The position numbers and the translations under genes were made by a program. The notes below the pieces were generated by a model. It saw nothing but the letters and a program-made list of their open reading frames with translations. It had not been told where the DNA came from and did no database searches. This document shows positions 30,445-36,056 of a DNA stretch of 36,056 bases, piece by piece. The first letter of the stretch is position 1, and every line of letters begins with the position of its first letter. Source of the DNA: an uncultured archaeon (GTDB taxonomy: Archaea > Thermoproteota > Nitrososphaeria_A > Caldarchaeales > Wolframiiraptoraceae); contig CALKCF010000005.1 in the NCBI GenBank assembly GCA_938083505.1, positions 1 to 36,056 on the forward strand, written 5' to 3'.

Positions 30445-30481
30445 AAAATAGAGAATGGTAGTTAAAAATAAATAAAATTAA

Positions 30482-30556
30482 TGCTCCGGCCGGGATTTGA
30501 ACCCGGGTCACCGGCTCGAAAGGCCGGTATACTTGACCGGTCTATACTACCGGAGC
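30482..30556 (-). tRNA. tRNA-Glu(TTC), no intron, CCA not encoded
   Basis: GCTCCGG acceptor, CCGGC-CT-TTC-GA-GCCGG anticodon arm, GGTTCAAATCC T-arm. Confidence 0.96.
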
Positions 30557-30689
30557 GCATCGTGCCCGCTATTTACCATAAAAGTCTAGGTGGAATAAGT
30601 GCCAGTGCGCTTAATAACTTTACCTTTTTAGAAAACAACGCATAAATAAAAAAGTTAGGGTTAGCGATATTTAGTTATGACTATGATAC

Positions 30690-31178
30690 TCAAATTCTAC
30701 TTTTGGTCTCTATAGCATAATTGCTCATTATACTTCTGAACCCTAGCTTATTGTAGAACCTCACTGCTATCTCATTTAACGTCGGGAACTCGGCAGTTAT
30801 CATATCTACCCTGTTTTTCAACCTATCTATTATAGCCTCTATAAGTCGCTTCCCAAGCCCGTTCCGCCTAAACTCTGGAAGGACGTATAACTCCCTTATT
30901 CTACCCTCTATCCTCGGCTCGTAGAATATTCTATCTACAATGTCTGCTTTCACGACACCTACGACCTTTCCTTTCCGTTCGGCGACTACAATAACGGAGC
31001 TTTCAGAACCCAAAGCAGACTCAACATATTCCTTGGTATGTATGGCTATATCATCTCTAGTCTTAAATAGAGGGTCAAATTCTTCGTTTAATCTCTTTAA
31101 CCTTATAACAAGCTCTACGACGCTGTTGATATCTTCGGGTTTCGCATCCCTGATTTCTATATCCTGCACACTTCCCAT
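30690..31178 (-). CDS. GNAT family acetyltransferase
   Basis: IRELYVLPEFRRNGLGKRL, N..A..FY.KLGF. Confidence 0.9.
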   Translation of the reverse strand: MGSVQDIEIRDAKPEDINSVVELVIRLKRLNEEFDPLFKTRDDIAIHTKEYVESALGSESSVIVVAERKGKVVGVVKADIVDRIFYEPRIEGRIRELYVLPEFRRNGLGKRLIEAIIDRLKNRVDMITAEFPTLNEIAVRFYNKLGFRSIMSNYAIETKSRI

Positions 31179-31198
31179 CGTAGTTAACCTCCCAACTA

Positions 31199-32533
31199 TT
31201 ATTCTGGCGGTGGTGGTATGAACCCTTTTTCCATCAAGAGCTTTGTCTGCTCCCTAGCGACCTTTATTTTCCTGTAAGCTTCCTCGTATAACTCGTCCCT
31301 ACTCTTATTTATACGTGCAACCCCCGTCTCTATCGCCTTCATCGCCACGACGGTCGCCTCTCTTGGGTAGGCCTCCCAGTCTTCCATTGTTGGTAGGATG
31401 TACTCCTCACTCAGACCTTTCTCTTCTGCGACCCTCGCCAGTTCAACTGCTGCAGCCAAACACATTTCATCTGTAATCGTGTAAGCTCTAACATCTAAAG
31501 CCCCTCTGAATATTCCTGGAAAACCTAAAGAGTTGTTCACCTGGTTCGGGAAATCAGACCTTCCGGTTGCCACTATTTTGGCTCCCGCCTCCTTTGCTTC
31601 CCAAGGCCATATTTCAGGTATCGGGTTGGCACACGCAAAAACTATACTATCATCAGCCATTGCGGAGACCCATTCTTTCTTTATGACGCCAGGGCCTGGC
31701 CTAGACATAGCTATGCATACGTCGGCTCCTTTTAACGCTTCAGGTATACCTCCAACAACCCTGTCCTTATTCGTTTTTATTGCCATCTCATACTTCCACC
31801 TGTCTTGGAATTGAAGCTTGTCGACATCTTCTCTTTCAGCGTGGAGCACTCCTTTAGAATCAACCAGTCTCAGGTTTCCGGGCGGTACGCCGTATACTAT
31901 GAGGAGCCTAGCTATCGCTATGTTAGCAGCACCCGCTCCTATCAACGTCACGACAACATCGTTAATGCGCTTTCCTACGAATTTTACAGCATTTATGAAT
32001 GCGGCAACCGTAACAGTTGCCGTGCCCTGCTGGTCGTCATGCCATACTGGAATACGCATTTCCTGCCGAAGCCTCTCAAGTATGTAGAAACATTTCGGCT
32101 TTTCAATGTCCTCAAGATTTATACCTCCAAAGGAAGGCTCCAGAGCTTTGACGACTTCTATTATTTTCTCTGCATCTTTAGTTGCAAGCGCTATGGGGAA
32201 AGCGTCGATACCTCCAAGGTACTTGAATAAAAGAGCCTTTCCTTCCATGACGGGCAACCCGGCCTCAGGGCCGATGTCACCTAGGCCTAAGATCCTAGAC
32301 CCGTCCGTTACTATGGCTACTGTATTGGCTCTGTTCGTATACTCAAAAACTAAGTCTACGTTATTCCGTATCGCCCTACACGGCTCGGCCACGCCGGGTG
32401 TGTACCAGATCGCAAAATCATCATAAGACCTAACGGGGCACTTTAGGGCAGTTTGTATCTTACCCTTATAGAAAGGGTGATACTTCATTGCTAGAATGGA
32501 AGGATATCTAGCTTTCTCTTCAAGGGACGTCAT
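31199..32533 (-). CDS. NAD(P)-dependent malic enzyme
   Basis: YTPGVAEPC, TDGSRILGLGDIG, PVMEGKALLFK, NLEDI, HDDQQGT, GAGAA, ANP.PEI, GRSDFPNQVNN. Confidence 0.96.
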   Translation of the reverse strand: MTSLEEKARYPSILAMKYHPFYKGKIQTALKCPVRSYDDFAIWYTPGVAEPCRAIRNNVDLVFEYTNRANTVAIVTDGSRILGLGDIGPEAGLPVMEGKALLFKYLGGIDAFPIALATKDAEKIIEVVKALEPSFGGINLEDIEKPKCFYILERLRQEMRIPVWHDDQQGTATVTVAAFINAVKFVGKRINDVVVTLIGAGAANIAIARLLIVYGVPPGNLRLVDSKGVLHAEREDVDKLQFQDRWKYEMAIKTNKDRVVGGIPEALKGADVCIAMSRPGPGVIKKEWVSAMADDSIVFACANPIPEIWPWEAKEAGAKIVATGRSDFPNQVNNSLGFPGIFRGALDVRAYTITDEMCLAAAVELARVAEEKGLSEEYILPTMEDWEAYPREATVVAMKAIETGVARINKSRDELYEEAYRKIKVAREQTKLLMEKGFIPPPPE

Positions 32534-32615
32534 ATTATAGCAACTGTATGAATCGTTATATAATCTTTTTTACACTCATGTTATTCAACGCTTAGCAATT
32601 AGGAGGGGGGGCTTC

Positions 32616-33629
32616 ATGAACGTAATAATCGCCGGCTTCGGCACCATTGGACAAAGCTTTGTCCAGCTGTTGATGAATCATAAAGAGTTTCTAAAGAAAG
32701 CTTACGGAATGGTTACGAAGGTCGTTGCGATTGTTGACAGTAAAGGCGCTGCCGTATCTCAGAGAGGTTTGGATTTGAATCTGGTTATGAGGTGTAAAAG
32801 AGAATACGGTACGGTTGCAAAGGTACCATCCGTAGGCTACGAAATGAGTTTCCTTGAAGCTATTCAGAGTGTCGAGGCAAATGTTCTCATCGAAGCGACC
32901 TACACGAACCTTACGAACGGTGAGCCTGGCATGACGCATATCCTCACCGCACTACAGCTCGGTCTTAACGTCGTGACGGTAAATAAAGGGCCACTAGCGC
33001 TTGCCATGCCTATGCTAAAAGAGATCGCTGAACATAGAAAGGTCGCTTTAAAGTTTAGTGGAACCGTTGGGGGAGGCTTACCCGTCTTAGCTTTCGCAAG
33101 AGAGTGTGCCAAGGGCGATAAGGTGGTTAAAGTAGAGGGTGTGCTGAACGGAACGACGAACTACATACTCACAAGGATGGAGGACGGTCTAAAATTTGAG
33201 GAAGCTTTGATAGAAGCACAGGAGAAAGGTTACGCAGAACGTGACCCGACGCTTGACATAAGCGGCATGGACACCGCCTGTAAGCTCGTTATATTAGCCA
33301 ACGAGGTTCTGGGAAATAGAGTAACGCTTAAGGATGTAAGGGTTGAAGGCATAGCAGACATCAAACCCGAAGACCTTAAGATAGCAAAAAATGCAGGGAA
33401 GACTATTAGGCTAATAGGTGTAGCTGAAGAATCGGAGGTCTTCGTAAAACCATTAGTCATAGATCAATCTGACCCGCTTGCAGTTAAGTATACATATAAT
33501 GCCATCACATTGACTCTTGAGAATTCTGGTAGACACACAATAACGGGTAAAGGTGCGGGCGGAAGGGAGACAGCAACCGCTATAATAAGGGACCTGATAT
33601 CTATAAAGGAACGCCTTGTTGTGACATAA
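32616..33629 (+). CDS. hom: Homoserine dehydrogenase
   Basis: GFGTIG, VVTVNKGPLA, TVGGGLP, GVLNGTTNYIL, GYAE.DP..DI.G.D.A.K, GAGGRETA. Confidence 0.96.
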   Translation: MNVIIAGFGTIGQSFVQLLMNHKEFLKKAYGMVTKVVAIVDSKGAAVSQRGLDLNLVMRCKREYGTVAKVPSVGYEMSFLEAIQSVEANVLIEATYTNLTNGEPGMTHILTALQLGLNVVTVNKGPLALAMPMLKEIAEHRKVALKFSGTVGGGLPVLAFARECAKGDKVVKVEGVLNGTTNYILTRMEDGLKFEEALIEAQEKGYAERDPTLDISGMDTACKLVILANEVLGNRVTLKDVRVEGIADIKPEDLKIAKNAGKTIRLIGVAEESEVFVKPLVIDQSDPLAVKYTYNAITLTLENSGRHTITGKGAGGRETATAIIRDLISIKERLVVT

Positions 33630-33675
33630 AATATGTTAAATTATTATATCCAAGCGGTTTTCTTAGATTTTTGCC

Positions 33676-35073
33676 TTGAAGTTGGTGATGAAGTTCGGCG
33701 GAACATCGCTTGGCGATGGTAAAAAAATCAGACATGTAGCCAGTCTCATAAGAAGATATTCTGAAGAAAATGAATTGGTTGTAGTTGCTTCAGCGATGTC
33801 AAACATTACGGATGAATTAATCAAACTCACATCTATAGCAGAGAGTGGTAGGGAAGACGAAGTTGATGAACTCTTAGAGAAGCTCAGCTCTCAACATGAA
33901 GACGCGATAGGGGACGCTATCAAAGATGAGAAAATATCTGCAGAAGTATGGCGACACATACAAAGAGACTTGGAGAGTTTAAGAAGGGCAGTTAAAGGTG
34001 TATGCTATATCATGGAGGCAACGCCTAGGACGAGGGACCTCATACTTTCATTTGGTGAAAGACTTTCTACAAGGATTCTGTGGGGAGCCATGTTAGATTT
34101 TGGTATGCCTGCTGTATACTTAACAGGGAAGGATGCGGGCATAGTAACAAACTCAAATTTCGGAGAAGCCACACCGCTTATCGAGACAACATACTTGAAT
34201 CTATCCTCTAGGCTAGGCAACCTTATCTCCAAAGGAAAAATACCGGTAGTAACTGGATTCATAGCTGCGGATGTTGATGGTGTGATTACGACGCTTGGCA
34301 GGGGCGGCTCGGACTATACCGCCACGTTGATAGGAAGTGCAATAGATGCCGATGAGGTATGGCTTTGGAGCGACGTTGACGGTCTGATGACCGCCAATCC
34401 TAAGATCGTCCCAAACGCTAAGGTTCTTCCAGAAATTTCATATGCTGAAGCAATAGAAATGGCCATGTTTGGCGCAAAAGGGCTTCATCCTAGGGCGTTT
34501 GAGCCAACGATCGAGAAGGGCATCCCCATCAGGATAAGGAATACATTCAATCCAGAGAATACTGGGACTCTCATAACGAAATCTAAGGTTATATCGGGTA
34601 GTATTGTTAAGGCAGTGCTTCTGGTCGAGAACGTTGGTATGGTGTCTTTCAGGGGCACGAGCATCGTAGGAAGCCCCGGGATCGCGGCGAAAATTCTGGA
34701 CACCATAGCAAGACGTTCGATTAACATTATGATGATTTCGCAAAGCATCTCGGAGTCCAGTATATCCTTAATCGTGAAAAAGGATGTGTTAGAAAAAGCT
34801 ATAGCAGCAATTGAAACATCGCTCTTAAGTTCAGGCATTGTAAAGGAGGTTGATATTGACGAGGACGTAGCTGTCGTTGCGGTCGTTGGAGAGGGAATGA
34901 AGGGCACGCCAGGCATAGCGGCCAGGGTCTTCAAGGCTGTTGCCAGCAAGGGCATAAATATAAAAATGATTTCTCAGGGTTCGTCTGAGCTTAACATTTC
35001 ATTTGTCGTTAGAGGAGCAGAAGCTGCAGATGCTGTCAGAGCGGTGCATGAGGAATTCAATTTAGGAACATAG
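33676..35073 (+). CDS. lysC: Aspartate kinase with two ACT domains
   Basis: MKFGGTS, SFGERLS, TTLGRGGSDYTA, DVDG.MTA.P, ISQGSSE.NIS. Confidence 0.96.
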   Translation: MKLVMKFGGTSLGDGKKIRHVASLIRRYSEENELVVVASAMSNITDELIKLTSIAESGREDEVDELLEKLSSQHEDAIGDAIKDEKISAEVWRHIQRDLESLRRAVKGVCYIMEATPRTRDLILSFGERLSTRILWGAMLDFGMPAVYLTGKDAGIVTNSNFGEATPLIETTYLNLSSRLGNLISKGKIPVVTGFIAADVDGVITTLGRGGSDYTATLIGSAIDADEVWLWSDVDGLMTANPKIVPNAKVLPEISYAEAIEMAMFGAKGLHPRAFEPTIEKGIPIRIRNTFNPENTGTLITKSKVISGSIVKAVLLVENVGMVSFRGTSIVGSPGIAAKILDTIARRSINIMMISQSISESSISLIVKKDVLEKAIAAIETSLLSSGIVKEVDIDEDVAVVAVVGEGMKGTPGIAARVFKAVASKGINIKMISQGSSELNISFVVRGAEAADAVRAVHEEFNLGT

Positions 35074-35143
35074 AAACCAATTCGCTGAAATCTTTAGTAT
35101 ATAAACTATAAAAAAAGTTAAGGGGTTTTCAGGAGGGGCGCTT

Positions 35144-35731
35144 TTACACTATTACGCCTCCTGGGAATAGCATCAATAAGAAGGTCATTACTCCCGACCA
35201 AAGACAGATGGCGCCGCCGAACTTTGGTACCTTACCGTGTGTTGCTAAGTAAAAGCCAAGGGCCGCCAGCGCATAAGTCAACAGGGCTATCTGTATTATG
35301 ATAGTGTTTAGGTCGTAGACACCACCAATCAGGTAGTGGAAGATCCCCATGAAGATGAACTGATAGATGCATACGAAGAGTGCCATGTTGCCTAGGTACC
35401 TGGGATCCCATCCGAACCATGTAACGATTACCGTAGTAAGCCAAAGGAAAGCGTACATGAGCGGCGTGATGCTGAAGAGCTGCGTCAAGGCTACGCCTAC
35501 GGGACCTGCAGCCGCAGGATCAACGGCCGCCGGGGAAGCTGTAATCTGGTGTATGGCCATTACGAATAATGACAGGAATGCAGACAAGGCACCTATCGTC
35601 GCGACCGTCTTTCCCGGATCAGGTGCGCCCTCCTTTAACGGCTTAGCCTCGAATCCAAGGAGATATAGGCCGTACATGAAGAGGCCGAAGGTCAGTCCCA
35701 TCATACCGAACGCAACAGGAGCTAAACCCAT
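35144..35731 (-). CDS. AmiS/UreI-like six-TM amide/urea channel
   Basis: Six hydrophobic helices; GL.LLG and LMYAFLWL...FGWDPRYLG..ALFV resemble the UreI/AmiS pattern; GGTGA SD upstream. Confidence 0.6.
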   Translation of the reverse strand: MGLAPVAFGMMGLTFGLFMYGLYLLGFEAKPLKEGAPDPGKTVATIGALSAFLSLFVMAIHQITASPAAVDPAAAGPVGVALTQLFSITPLMYAFLWLTTVIVTWFGWDPRYLGNMALFVCIYQFIFMGIFHYLIGGVYDLNTIIIQIALLTYALAALGFYLATHGKVPKFGGAICLWSGVMTFLLMLFPGGVIV

Positions 35732-35801
35732 GCATTTTCACCTTATTCGGCATTTTTAAATTATCTGTTTTGGGTAATTAAGCTTTTCGGATGAAGTTCT
35801 G

Positions 35802-35825
35802 AATTTTTAAAAACTTTTAAAAATT
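35802..35825. promoter_or_regulatory. AT-rich inverted repeat upstream of the channel-gene promoter
   Basis: AATTTTTAAAA-AC-TTTTAAAAATT next to a minus-strand BRE/TATA CGAAAAGCTTAATTA (about 35775-35789). Confidence 0.45.
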
Positions 35826-35880
35826 AGAATCTGCATAACTTCAACAATTTAGAAAAATAAAAAGTAAAAAATTTATGCGG

Positions 35881-36056
35881 TCAATACTTTATGTACTTAC
35901 CTATGTCGTATGGTACCCACTTAGCTTCGTAAGGAACCCTTGGGACTTGGGATGCAATCCTCTTGCCAATCTCGTCCGCTGCCTTCATCGAGTAGAATAT
36001 ATGCTCAACAGGATCTACTATGTTCTTGAACGGGCCAACTTCCTTAGCAGCCATGT
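35881..36056 (-). CDS. 3' end of an unidentified protein gene (…MAAKEVGPFKNIVDPVEHIFYSMKAADEIGKRIASQVPRVPYEAKWVPYDIGKYIKY*)
   Basis: Open frame from the window edge to TGA (plus-strand tca 35881-35883). Confidence 0.65.
   Translation of the reverse strand, partial: MAAKEVGPFKNIVDPVEHIFYSMKAADEIGKRIASQVPRVPYEAKWVPYDIGKYIKY

Overview
Core-genome segment of an archaeon, most consistent with the TACK superphylum: SmAP3, a histone, a CdvA-like protein, a 'PGAT-T' proteasome beta subunit and an ArcTGT without a PUA domain. The exact lineage cannot be fixed from sequence alone. RNA genes: tRNA-Thr(TGT), type A RNase P RNA, a stand-alone 23S rRNA with its own promoter and a canonical bulge-helix-bulge (BHB) processing stem, an intron-containing tRNA-Gly-like gene with an aberrant anticodon loop, and tRNA-Glu(TTC). 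Protein genes are mostly housekeeping: RNA modification and processing (tgtA, beta-CASP RNase, rtcA, truD, trmI, pth2), proteasome (psmB, two PAC2 proteins), cofactors (ribK/RbkR, nadM, larB/larE, UbiE-like), the aspartate pathway (lysC, hom, thrC), adenylate kinase and malic enzyme. Best leads: (1) the tRNA-Gly(CCC)-like gene, whose predicted spliced anticodon loop is G32-C33-CCC-G37-G38 with no U33, next to a four-frameshift TtuA pseudogene; (2) a solitary 24-nt CRISPR-type repeat ending in ATTGAAAG downstream of rnpB, with no cas genes; (3) a small Lys-rich/acidic disordered protein and a zinc-ribbon CdvA-like protein near the histone gene; (4) a membrane-anchored wHTH regulator paired with a secreted helical protein and a palindromic candidate operator; (5) an AmiS/UreI-like channel with an upstream palindrome. 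No integrase, transposase or full CRISPR array was found.
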